A stretch of DNA of 64,000 nucleotides from Actinomycetota bacterium (lineage in GTDB: Bacteria; Actinomycetota; Geothermincolia; Fen-727; Anoxymicrobiaceae). Shown one piece after another: positions 54,946 to 63,843 of this stretch. The notes beneath the pieces were generated by a model, which saw nothing but the letters and a program-made list of their open reading frames with translations, did no database searches and was not told the DNA's origin. How positions within the stretch are numbered: the stretch's first letter is position 1; every line of letters starts with the position of its first letter. Both the position numbers and the translations under genes were made by a program. The DNA is taken from positions 22,597 to 86,596 of the forward strand of contig JAHJCO010000052.1 of the NCBI GenBank assembly GCA_018831265.1, given 5' to 3'.

Positions 54946-55353
54946 CTAATCGGTGTAGCCTCCAATCGTATTGGCGGCCGCCTGCCTGCCGTTCCAGTAC
55001 ATGGCGCGCTCCACCATGATGTCCTCGCCGCTCGTGCAGGTGACTTTTACTGCGCCCCTTCCGCTCGCGAGGTCGTTCATCAGGAACGTCGCGCGGCTGT
55101 CGGGGTCCAGCGTATAGATGTGTGACGAGTTCCCGACGCCTCCCTCCATGAGGTAGTCGATCCTGACGTCCACCGGAACCCCGTTGGGGTTCTGCACCAG
55201 GGTGTAGGTCTCGCATCCGTCCGTCGTCTGGCCGTCGGGCAGGAAGAAGACGTTGTGGGTCGCGCTGAACCCTATCGAGTCGTGGCATATCTCCCCGGTG
55301 GGCGAAGGCAGGTACATGGCGCGCTCCGCGATTATCGGGAGCGTTCCCTCCAC
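54946..55353 (-). pseudogene. gene fragment: terminal module only (FFLPDGQTTDGCETYTLVQNPN ... ERAMYWNGRQAAANTIGGYTD) of the modular secreted-protein family; no signal peptide or head
   Basis: It begins mid-module (..IIAERAMY) and lies directly downstream of an unrelated gene on the same strand. Confidence 0.5.
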
Positions 55354-55394
55354 GATGGACAGGTCCGGCCCTGCCGGCCCGCGAGTAGCTCTGC

Positions 55395-55763
55395 TCAGGC
55401 TATCGGCTGGACGCCAAGCTGACCCAGCAGCGTATTGACCTCCTTGCGCAACTTGTTGCGCGGTATGAAGCCCTTCTTCCCCGCTTCGGATTCGATGCGG
55501 GCCTCGTCGGGCAGCATGCCCAGGGACATGACCCTGTTAATCATCGGGAAACGTACCCACGCCTCCATCCGGTATGCGTTGCCTGTCCGTGCGACGGCGA
55601 GCATCATCGGAGGGACAAGGATGTTCTCCCCCTTCTGGTAAACCCGCCACGTTCCGTCCTGGGTCTTCAGCAGGTACTTGTTTTCCCCGGCCCACCGCTC
55701 GATCGCAGCCGACACGTCCGCGTCGGACTGAAACTCGACGACCGTCCTGCCTTTGATGCTCAT
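55395..55763 (-). CDS. hypothetical protein
   Basis: Start MSIKGRTVVEFQ preceded by GGAGGAGG. Confidence 0.45.
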   Translation of the reverse strand: MSIKGRTVVEFQSDADVSAAIERWAGENKYLLKTQDGTWRVYQKGENILVPPMMLAVARTGNAYRMEAWVRFPMINRVMSLGMLPDEARIESEAGKKGFIPRNKLRKEVNTLLGQLGVQPIA

Positions 55764-55907
55764 GCATCCTCCTCCAGTGATACCCCTCCCATGAATACGA
55801 CTGCACTCTCCATATGCTGTATTGTACAGTCCCGTGCCCCTGTGCTGGCCCAACTCCGGGTTGTGGACCTGATGTCTTACCCCGGCGTCTTGTGGCGCCG
55901 CGTCGTA

Positions 55908-57521
55908 CTAGACCGGCTGTCCTCCCTTGACCTGTATCTTCCTGGGGTATTTCTCGAACGTCTTCACGTGCGCGGCCGTCAGCGCCGCGAACAGCGGCAT
56001 GTAGACGAGCTTGCGGATCGTGAAGCTATGCTCCTCCTTTGGATCCAGGAACAGGTTGAAGACCTTGCCGTAGGTGAGGGCTACGTCGTGCCCCGAGAAC
56101 CCTCCGGGTGTCACCGTGTCCCGGATGTCCCGCTCCGTCGCGTGGTTGAACGCCTTCCAGGGACCGATACGCGCGCACGATTGCCGGTCCAGCAACCACC
56201 CGAACACCGCCGCGCGGTTGGACATCCACGCCGGGTCCGCGCCCCAGTGTGTGCCGTCTGGCGCGGGTTCGGCCAGCAGGAAGGCCCTCTGGTCCACCCC
56301 GTCGATGTACCTGTCCTCGGGCAGGTCCTCGACCCCGGCCAGCTCGCAGAGAGTGGGCAGCACGTCACAGAAGTCGAACAGGCCGTCGGACACGCGCCCG
56401 GGCTCTACCATGCCCTTCCAGTAGAAAACGCCCGGCACCCTGATGCCGCCGTCCCAGGTGGTCCCTTTCGAGCCACGGAACGGCGTGTAGGAGCTGTCGG
56501 GCCACGACTCCATCTCCGGGCCGTTGTCCGATGTGAGGAAGATGAGAGTGTTCTCCAACTGGCCGGTCTCCTCGAGCGCCGCGAAGAGACGCCCGAAGAT
56601 GTCGTCGCACTCGACCAGCACGTCGTGGAAGGGGTACTTGCACCGGGACTTGCCCTTGAACCTGTCGGGGGGGTAGTTATCGAAGTGGCATCCCCGGGTG
56701 CCGTGGTAGAGGAACCACGGCTCCTGTGAGTCTTTCATCGACTTGATGAAATCGACGGAGTAGTCGGCCCAGTTCTCGTCCAGGTCCTTGACGGTATCAA
56801 GGTCTATCTCCTCCTGCTCTATCCCGGGGATGTCGAACTGGCCAGCCTTCGCCTTGATCACGTGTTTGTTGAACTTCGCGTTCAGTATCGCGTTGAAGAT
56901 AAGCGGGTCGTTGACGATCTCCGGGTAGAAGTAGTTGTCGCGCCACTCCGTGTACATGTCCGAGACTCCGTAGAAGCCGTAGAACTCGTCGAAGCCCTTG
57001 TTCTGGGGCACCGACTCCGCGTTCTCCCCGCAGTGCCACTTGCCGACCGCGCGCGTGACGTAACCGGCCTTCTTGAGCAGCTCCGCGAGCGTCACCTCGT
57101 CCTGCAGGCCTCCCGGTTGGCCGTACATCGGCGGGGTCAGGATGCCGTGGCGGATGGGCAGGCGCCCCGTCATCAGGGTCGCCCTCGACGGGGAGCAGCT
57201 CGGCTGCGAGTAGCAGGACGTGAGCTTCAGGCCGTCCTCCGCCAGCCTATCGAAGTTCGGGGTTGGAGCCCCCCTCAGGTGCCCTCCCCCGTAGCACCCG
57301 AAGTCACCCCAGCCCACGTCGTCCAGTACGAATACGAGGAAGTTGGGTTTCCTCCCGGTCTTCTTCTCGAGCTCAGAGAGTTTCTTCTCCGCGGCTTCCT
57401 GCCATCCGGGGTGCAGGAGCCGGGGCTCGCGGTTCTCCGCGTAGATGTCGACCGCCCCGCCCAGGACACGTTCACCTCCGTCCGGCGGGATCGCACCGCT
57501 GTCGATCCAGTGGTCGGCCAT
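55908..57521 (-). CDS. Cys-type sulfatase (arylsulfatase family, alkaline phosphatase superfamily)
   Basis: AAAGGAGAAGG RBS then MADHWIDSG.... Sulfatase signature with formylglycine site CSPSRATLMTGR; PNFLVFVLDDVGWGDFG. No signal peptide detected. Confidence 0.8.
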   Translation of the reverse strand: MADHWIDSGAIPPDGGERVLGGAVDIYAENREPRLLHPGWQEAAEKKLSELEKKTGRKPNFLVFVLDDVGWGDFGCYGGGHLRGAPTPNFDRLAEDGLKLTSCYSQPSCSPSRATLMTGRLPIRHGILTPPMYGQPGGLQDEVTLAELLKKAGYVTRAVGKWHCGENAESVPQNKGFDEFYGFYGVSDMYTEWRDNYFYPEIVNDPLIFNAILNAKFNKHVIKAKAGQFDIPGIEQEEIDLDTVKDLDENWADYSVDFIKSMKDSQEPWFLYHGTRGCHFDNYPPDRFKGKSRCKYPFHDVLVECDDIFGRLFAALEETGQLENTLIFLTSDNGPEMESWPDSSYTPFRGSKGTTWDGGIRVPGVFYWKGMVEPGRVSDGLFDFCDVLPTLCELAGVEDLPEDRYIDGVDQRAFLLAEPAPDGTHWGADPAWMSNRAAVFGWLLDRQSCARIGPWKAFNHATERDIRDTVTPGGFSGHDVALTYGKVFNLFLDPKEEHSFTIRKLVYMPLFAALTAAHVKTFEKYPRKIQVKGGQPV

Positions 57522-57535
57522 AGCGCCTTCTCCTT

Positions 57536-58471
57536 TCATGCCTGCCGCACGCCCTGGGGCGCCAGCTCGTCGAGCAGGTCGAACAGGTTGAACAGCCGTG
57601 GGTATTCGAACACGATCATCTCGGAAACAAGGGATCCATCGAAGTACAAGACCTGGATGGAGTGCGAGGCGAACGGTTGCCGCGAGCCCATGCACACGTA
57701 GGCGCCGAACGCCATCTGCCCGTTCGCGCGCCTGGGGAGCAACCGCCACAGCGGACCCTCGCCGCGCCTCAGCGGACCGGTGGCGAGATGGCGCAACACC
57801 TCGTCCCTACCGATGAAGCATTCCCCCGAGGGCACGTTCTGCAGTACCACGCCGTCTGAGAGCATGGCTTCCATTCCTTCGGGGCCCGCCGACTCCCAGT
57901 TGAAGATGTATCTCATGAGCAACGGCCCGGCATCCGCCTCGGGCGGCGGCTCCCGCCTGCCTGCTTCCCGGTCGTACGCGTACTCGAAGGCCGCGTGGTC
58001 GGCTTCGATGTCGGCGGGCGGCGAATCCTCATGCCCGAGGAGCAGCCGGGCCCGGGCGGGCGGCGAAAGGCCCTGCAGCGCCCCCACGAACTCGAGGGAA
58101 ACACTCTCCCGCGGTTCGTAGGGCGGGATCTCGAGCCCCGTCTGGGGCAGCAGGTCATCCGGGAAAGGCTCCAGCCACCCGACATCGCCCGGCGAGGAAG
58201 GTGCCGGCCCGACACCCCGCGGGTGGGAGGCATCGACCCACGACGGTAGAGTGCGGCCCCGGCCCACATCGGGCATCGAGACGCAAAGGTCGGTCATTGT
58301 CCCGAGAAGGAACTCCCTCACGGCGCCTTCGCCCGGCGGGCACTCCCGTTCGGCTCGACGCGTCGTCTCTGCCAAGAGTGCCTCGGCCACAAACAGCGAC
58401 CCCGAAATCCTGTAGGCGAAGAGCCTCAGTCCGTCCAGGGGAGTTCGCTCAGGCGCCGGACTCGATCTCAT
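57536..58471 (-). CDS. ECF/SigJ-like sigma-70 factor with C-terminal NTF2/SnoaL-like domain
   Basis: Region-2-like LRLFAYRISGSLFVAEALLAETTRRA and region-4-like LQGLSPPARARLLLGHEDS. Confidence 0.4.
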   Translation of the reverse strand: MRSSPAPERTPLDGLRLFAYRISGSLFVAEALLAETTRRAERECPPGEGAVREFLLGTMTDLCVSMPDVGRGRTLPSWVDASHPRGVGPAPSSPGDVGWLEPFPDDLLPQTGLEIPPYEPRESVSLEFVGALQGLSPPARARLLLGHEDSPPADIEADHAAFEYAYDREAGRREPPPEADAGPLLMRYIFNWESAGPEGMEAMLSDGVVLQNVPSGECFIGRDEVLRHLATGPLRRGEGPLWRLLPRRANGQMAFGAYVCMGSRQPFASHSIQVLYFDGSLVSEMIVFEYPRLFNLFDLLDELAPQGVRQA

Positions 58472-58600
58472 TCACCCGTTCCGTTTCTCCTCGAGAAGGA
58501 GTATCTCCGAGACCACACGATACCATTTTCCTCTCCGCCGTGTACCAGCACGTAGTCCGCCACCGACATCGACCTCCATGATTAGAGACGTGTCTGTAGT

Positions 58601-58834
58601 ATGAACGACAAATGCCCCGCTTGTGGAGGGACGATCAGAGAAGACAAAGTCAGGCACCCACCGGAACATGAAGGCAGAATTGTCATCATCGAGAATATGC
58701 CTGTGCTCGTCTGCAACCAGTGTGGTGAAATCCTCTTGCGACCTGAAACGATGAAGAAGATCCAGAAGCTGGTCTGGTCGGGATCCGAGCCTGAACGCAC
58801 GGAGTCAATCCCCGTCTACGACCTCGCGGTTTGA
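58601..58834 (+). CDS. YgiT-type zinc-ribbon protein (MqsA-like antitoxin N-terminal domain family)
   Basis: CPACGG ... CNQCGE zinc ribbon; 77 aa. Confidence 0.5.
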   Translation: MNDKCPACGGTIREDKVRHPPEHEGRIVIIENMPVLVCNQCGEILLRPETMKKIQKLVWSGSEPERTESIPVYDLAV

Positions 58835-58851
58835 TGGCTCCAGGGGGAGGT

Positions 58852-59214
58852 CTACCCCGCCGGCTCCTTGGCCCCCTCCGTTATGGCGTTGGCGATGATG
58901 AGGGCCTGGTTGCGGTCCTCCATGCGGTTGGCGTCCTCGAGGGACGAGCCGTTGAGCGCGGCGTTGAAGGCGTCCTTTGTCATGCGCAGGCCGAACTTGT
59001 TCTTGGAGCACATCACCGCCGCCATCGCCCTGGCCGCGGGAAGCAGGTCCTCGCGGGTGTGCACGTGGTTGGCAAGCCCCAAGCGGTAGGCCTCGTCGGC
59101 GGGGACCCTCTCTCCGGTGAGGCGCACCTCGGCGGCCTTGCCCCAGCCCACAGTTTGGGCAGGAAGAAGCTGGAGGACAGGTCGGCCCCGCCGGTCACGA
59201 ACACCCTGGATCAA
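58852..59214 (-). pseudogene. crotonase (enoyl-CoA hydratase) C-terminal fragment
   Basis: ...VRLTGERVPADEAYRLGLANHV...AMAAVMCS..FGLRMTKDAFNA... matches only the last third of a crotonase. Confidence 0.5.
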
Positions 59215-62200
59215 TCGGAATACGCACCTATAGTGTCCGTTCCGAAACCACGATCACCCCAGTACATGGAGCGCTCGACCACGATGGGTCTGGCACAGTT
59301 GACCGCTACGGATGCCCTGCTGCTCTTCATCCAAAGGCTCATGTCACAGGTCTTACGGCTGTGAGCGGGCAGAGTTTCCGAGAAGGTCACCCCGCCCTGG
59401 CCGGTCGCGGTCAGGTAGGACACGGTGACACTTACCGGCGTGCTATTGGGGTTGGCTACCAGGGTGTAGGTCTCCCTTCCCTCGGAACTCTGGCCGTCGG
59501 GCAGGTACCAGGAGGCGTGCGGTGCCGGGCTCCCTATGGAGTCGTGGCAGGCCTCCTTTTCCCCGTTGTTCCAGTACATGGCCCTCTCGGCGAGTATCGG
59601 TACCGTCCCGTGTACGTGGATGGAGCAATCCACGCCCGCCATGCCCGGTACATCGTTCACCTTGATTGATTTCCTGGAGTTCGCCGGCAGCGTTAACGGG
59701 TCCTGGTTGACCGGACCTCCAGGGGTCATGTAGGTAACGTTCACCTGCGCATCGGTGGGGTTCGGGTTCTGCATCAGCACCCAGGTCGTGAAGCCCCAGG
59801 CGGTGGTACCTTCCGCAAGGTAGTAATCTTCGGCCGGCGCGGTCGAACCCACCGAGTCGTGTCCCTCCATCCTGTCATACCGGTACATGGAACGCTCGGG
59901 GATGACAGGCAGGTCCGAGGTCACTGTGGTGGAGGCGCTCTGCTCGCCGATGTCGGCGGCCATGCTGAACGTATGCCGCGACTTCGCCGGCACGACCTTG
60001 TCGAACGAGTTCGCGCCGCCGCCTTCCACCATGTACGTCAGCTTTACGTTGGCGGGGGCGTCGTTAGGGTTCTGGATGAGGGTCCAGGTCTCAAAACCGA
60101 ACGCCGAGCAGCCCTCGGGCAGGTACCAGGTATCGGCTGCGTAGTTCACTCCTACCGAGTTGTGGGCCTCTTCCGCCCAGCTCATGGTCCTGTCAACAGC
60201 GATGGTCCTGCCCTCGAGGCATTCAACCTTCGTGGAGAAGTCGGAAGAGCCTACTGCGTCGCCCGGGTTGACGGTGAGCTGCGACTGCGGGTTAACCCTG
60301 AACGTGCCGCCGTCCACCGCACCGCCGGGTGTCATGTAGGTGAACTTCACGCTAACGGCGCAGTCGTTGGAGTTCACGGCGGTCACATAGGCGCTGAAAC
60401 CCCAGGCGGTGGAGCCTTCGGGCAGGTACCAGGTGGGCGTGAGGACTTCGAACGCTTTCCCGTTGGAGGTGCCGTGATCTGTGGTGACGGTGACCGTGCA
60501 ACCGCCGGATACCCCCGTTGGCACCTTGCACGTCACTTCCCCTTCGGTCCATTCACCGTATTCCACGGCCTTCGTCCCGCCGAAGCTGACGTATGAACCT
60601 CCTCGCGCGTCCCCGAAGCCGCTGCCTTTCACGGTAACGGTCGTTCCGGCGGGCCCACTCTGAGGTGACATGGAGTCGATGACGGGTGGCGCGACCGATA
60701 TCCTCCACACCTCGCATCCCGAATCCCAGTTTGACGTGCCGACGAAGAGGCTTTCTCCGTTGGCGATCATGGACCGTGCGTTCCTGTTCCCGGGGCTCCC
60801 GAACCCATAAGTGGCCGCGCGGGTCCACTCGTGCCCGTCGTAGCAGAACACGCCGCACCCCTTGTCGTCGTTCTGCGTCCCGACGTAGAGCCGCGAGTCG
60901 AATGCCGCCATCGACCAGGCTACGTCGTTTTCCGCGTCTCCGAAGCCTCCCTCCGAGATCTTCGACCACGTGGTGCCGTCGTAGCTCCACACCTGGCAGC
61001 CATCATTGTTCTGCGCGCCCGCGAAGAGGGCGTTCCCCATTACGGCCATGGCATAGATCCCGGCGTTGTCCGGGTCCCCGAAGTGGTCAACGTTCATCTG
61101 GGTCCACGATGTACCGCCGTCGTACCGGTAGACCCGCCCTTCGGGAGTACTCGCGTAGAGGCGCCCGCGGAACTCCACGAGTTGAGTGACGCAACTGCTG
61201 TCATCATGGATCGGTCCCTCCGCCACGCTGTTCCAGGTCGACCCGTCGTAGCTCCAGACCTGCGCTCCCGTGCCATTCCACGTACCGACATGGAGACGGT
61301 CATCGAACACGCTCATGCATACGGGTTCCGCATTGCCGATGTCTCCGAAACCATCCTGGTTCACCTGCGCCCATGACGAGCCGTTGTATCGCCAGATCTG
61401 GCAACCGCCATAGTCCTTCTCCGCTCCGACATACAGGTTGCCCTGGTACTCGCAGGCCGAGGCAATGATGCTGACGAGGTTGCTGCCGAAGCCCGGTTCA
61501 GCGATACGCGACCACGATTGCCCGCTCGCCGACTCCATGAATACCTGCCCCCTGCTGGCTACTGCGGCCGTTCCCACGGCAAGCCGCCCATCGAAGAAGG
61601 CCATTCCGAAGGCGTCGGTGTCATTGTGTGCCGATAATCCGAGCGGGGCCGCAAGCGGCCAGTCGGTGCCACCCGCGTATCTCCTGACCTCACCGCTTGA
61701 CCCTGTATCGGCGCAGTGTGTCGAGCAGTAGAGTTCGGGGCCGTAGTTGAGGAGACTGCAGACGACGACGGTCTGCCTGCGGCCTGGTCCCTGCGGATCG
61801 TTCTGTTCGTCGAAGGAGGGCTCCGAGACGGGCTTGATCTCGTCCATGGAAGGGTCATAATTCCAGATCTCGCAACCTACATCTTCGTTGTAGGTGCCCA
61901 CGACAAGGCAGTCCTGGTAAGAGGTCATCGACCACGCGATGGTGTTGCTGGGATCGCCGAACCCCTGGCCTGCCGCGCCGACATTGTTCCATGAGTCTCC
62001 GTCATAGCAGTAGACCTTGCATCCTCCGTCAATCTCACCCCTGGCCGTTCCCGCGTACAGCTCGCCCGCGACAGTCGCCAACGATGTCACGCTGCCGTTC
62101 GTGGGGTCATCGAAGCCTCCCGACGCCGACCTCGTCCAGCTGGAACCGTCGTAGCGCCAGACGTCCGCCCCGGCAACGGGGTTATCCGTCCCTGCATATA

Positions 62201-62894
62201 GCGCGCCGTCGTATTCGGCCATGCTCAAGACAGTATGGGTAGCAATGGTCCATGGGTTGAGGCCGGCCGAACCGACGCAGGTCCATACCGACCCGTCGTA
62301 GCGCCACATCTGCGCACCGTCCGGGTCATTCCCCACCCCCGCGTAGAGGGCATCGTTGAAGACGAACATCGACATGACGTTCACATTGTCGTCGTCCCCG
62401 AATCCGCTGGCGTTGACCTGAGTCCAGGACGTCCCGCCGTTGTACCGGAGGACCTGGCAACCATCCGTCCCGTTGAGGGTGCCTGCATAGAGGCGCGACC
62501 TAAACGAAGACATCGAGTAGACGATCCAGTTCTCCTGATCTCCCAGGCCGTTCGAGCCGACCATCTGCCAGCTAGACCCGTCATAGCTCCACACTGAACC
62601 GCCCGCGTTCCCTGCGGCGTCCCCCGTACCCACATAGAGGTTAGAGCCGTTGATCGCCATGCATTGCACGGCCTTGTAGCAGGGCACATAGCTCCCGTCG
62701 ATCCCTCCCGTGGCAATCCTTACCCAGTCGTCCGCGAAGGCGGGCTGGTTCCCACAGAGACCGGACGATAGGAGCAGGCAAATGGCCAGAATGGCCATGA
62801 GAAAGGAGCATACACGCACCATAGCAGGCCTCCTTTGCCTTCTGCACCCTTCAGTACTAGGAAATCGGCAACTTGTCGAGAACGCTGAAGTCAA
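59211..62894 (-). CDS. giant secreted modular protein (1227 aa): signal peptide + about 13 copies of a 50-aa DGSSW/LYAGT propeller-like repeat + IPT/TIG domain + 4-module WYLAEG...AERAMYW block ending GTDTIGAYSD
   Basis: Signal MVRVCSFLMAILAICLLLSSGLCG. Repeats ...G.FGD..N..V.SM..F...LYAGT.N...G..VW.YDG..W.... Modules: PTWYLPEGSTAWGFSAYVTAVNSN, DTWYLPEGCSAFGFETWTLIQNPN, EDYYLAEGTTAWGFTTWVLMQNPN, ASWYLPDGQSSEGRETYTLVANPN. Confidence 0.8.
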   Translation of the reverse strand: MTSAFSTSCRFPSTEGCRRQRRPAMVRVCSFLMAILAICLLLSSGLCGNQPAFADDWVRIATGGIDGSYVPCYKAVQCMAINGSNLYVGTGDAAGNAGGSVWSYDGSSWQMVGSNGLGDQENWIVYSMSSFRSRLYAGTLNGTDGCQVLRYNGGTSWTQVNASGFGDDDNVNVMSMFVFNDALYAGVGNDPDGAQMWRYDGSVWTCVGSAGLNPWTIATHTVLSMAEYDGALYAGTDNPVAGADVWRYDGSSWTRSASGGFDDPTNGSVTSLATVAGELYAGTARGEIDGGCKVYCYDGDSWNNVGAAGQGFGDPSNTIAWSMTSYQDCLVVGTYNEDVGCEIWNYDPSMDEIKPVSEPSFDEQNDPQGPGRRQTVVVCSLLNYGPELYCSTHCADTGSSGEVRRYAGGTDWPLAAPLGLSAHNDTDAFGMAFFDGRLAVGTAAVASRGQVFMESASGQSWSRIAEPGFGSNLVSIIASACEYQGNLYVGAEKDYGGCQIWRYNGSSWAQVNQDGFGDIGNAEPVCMSVFDDRLHVGTWNGTGAQVWSYDGSTWNSVAEGPIHDDSSCVTQLVEFRGRLYASTPEGRVYRYDGGTSWTQMNVDHFGDPDNAGIYAMAVMGNALFAGAQNNDGCQVWSYDGTTWSKISEGGFGDAENDVAWSMAAFDSRLYVGTQNDDKGCGVFCYDGHEWTRAATYGFGSPGNRNARSMIANGESLFVGTSNWDSGCEVWRISVAPPVIDSMSPQSGPAGTTVTVKGSGFGDARGGSYVSFGGTKAVEYGEWTEGEVTCKVPTGVSGGCTVTVTTDHGTSNGKAFEVLTPTWYLPEGSTAWGFSAYVTAVNSNDCAVSVKFTYMTPGGAVDGGTFRVNPQSQLTVNPGDAVGSSDFSTKVECLEGRTIAVDRTMSWAEEAHNSVGVNYAADTWYLPEGCSAFGFETWTLIQNPNDAPANVKLTYMVEGGGANSFDKVVPAKSRHTFSMAADIGEQSASTTVTSDLPVIPERSMYRYDRMEGHDSVGSTAPAEDYYLAEGTTAWGFTTWVLMQNPNPTDAQVNVTYMTPGGPVNQDPLTLPANSRKSIKVNDVPGMAGVDCSIHVHGTVPILAERAMYWNNGEKEACHDSIGSPAPHASWYLPDGQSSEGRETYTLVANPNSTPVSVTVSYLTATGQGGVTFSETLPAHSRKTCDMSLWMKSSRASVAVNCARPIVVERSMYWGDRGFGTDTIGAYSD

Positions 62895-62906
62895 AGGCTG
62901 TCCCTG

Positions 62907-63398
62907 TCACTCGCAGAGCCATTCCCCCTGGAGTTTTTCCAGGGAACCGTCTTCCTTCATACGGTCAAGGACCTGGTCGAGCCGGTCAAGTAATGGCGCG
63001 TTGCCTTTCTTGACGCCGAAGCCCCACTCTGTGGGTTCCCCGACCTCGCCGATGCTGGTATTCTCGCCTGTTCCCCTGTTCCGCCAGGCGTACTCCACCG
63101 ACGGGCTCACGATCACATCGACTGTACCGTCTGCAAGCGCCGCATACATCTCGTCGTCGTGCGGGAAAACCCTGACATCACGAATCCCAGGAATCGCCTG
63201 CGCCAGTTTCAAGGCTCGCGAACTCTCGACGGCACCCACCAGTTTGCCTTCGAGGTCTTCCTGGCCTTTAAGCGGCGACTGCCGGGGTACTACCAGCTTG
63301 AACGCTGTGCTGGAGGACCGACACCACCCTGGGCACATGCCTTGAGGAGTGGATTCAGCTTGAAGAACGTTCGTTGATTGTTGGAAAATGGCAACCAT
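62907..63398 (-). pseudogene. fragment of a family-3 solute-binding protein (C-terminal lobe only)
   Basis: ...KLVGAVESSRALKLAQAIPGIRDVRVFPHDDEMYAALADGTVDVIVSPSVEYAW...GFGVKKGNAPLLDRLDQVL... without an N-terminal lobe or signal peptide. Confidence 0.4.
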
Positions 63399-63843
63399 TC
63401 ACAACTACAGCATTGTTAACGTCCGCTTTAGATGCCGGTCACCAATTCTCGTGAAAACCAAGGATTTCCTGCGCGTACCCGACGACGCAGATCGGCGACA
63501 TGATGAACTGATAAAAGAGAAACCGATTGCTCCGTTTGCTCAGCTCCGGCGGCGTAGCGCCGGCATCCTGCCGGCATAATCGTAGGTCGATGCCGCCTGG
63601 AAGGCGGCGCTACGAGCTCACTGCCGCCGGAGCTGCGCAAAGTGGTTAATTGTAAAGAGAATGTACACCAGCCCGCCGAAACGGTTCCGCCTGACTTCAA
63701 GCCCAGGATGTCGAAGACCTTCTTCTCCGCAATCCGGACAAACTGTTATATCGTGCTCAGGGGATATGTATCGGTTCTGTATCTGTGCCCCATAGGATTC
63801 TATTGAATTCCACGGGGCACAGCGGTCTCAGACCGTGTTGTTA

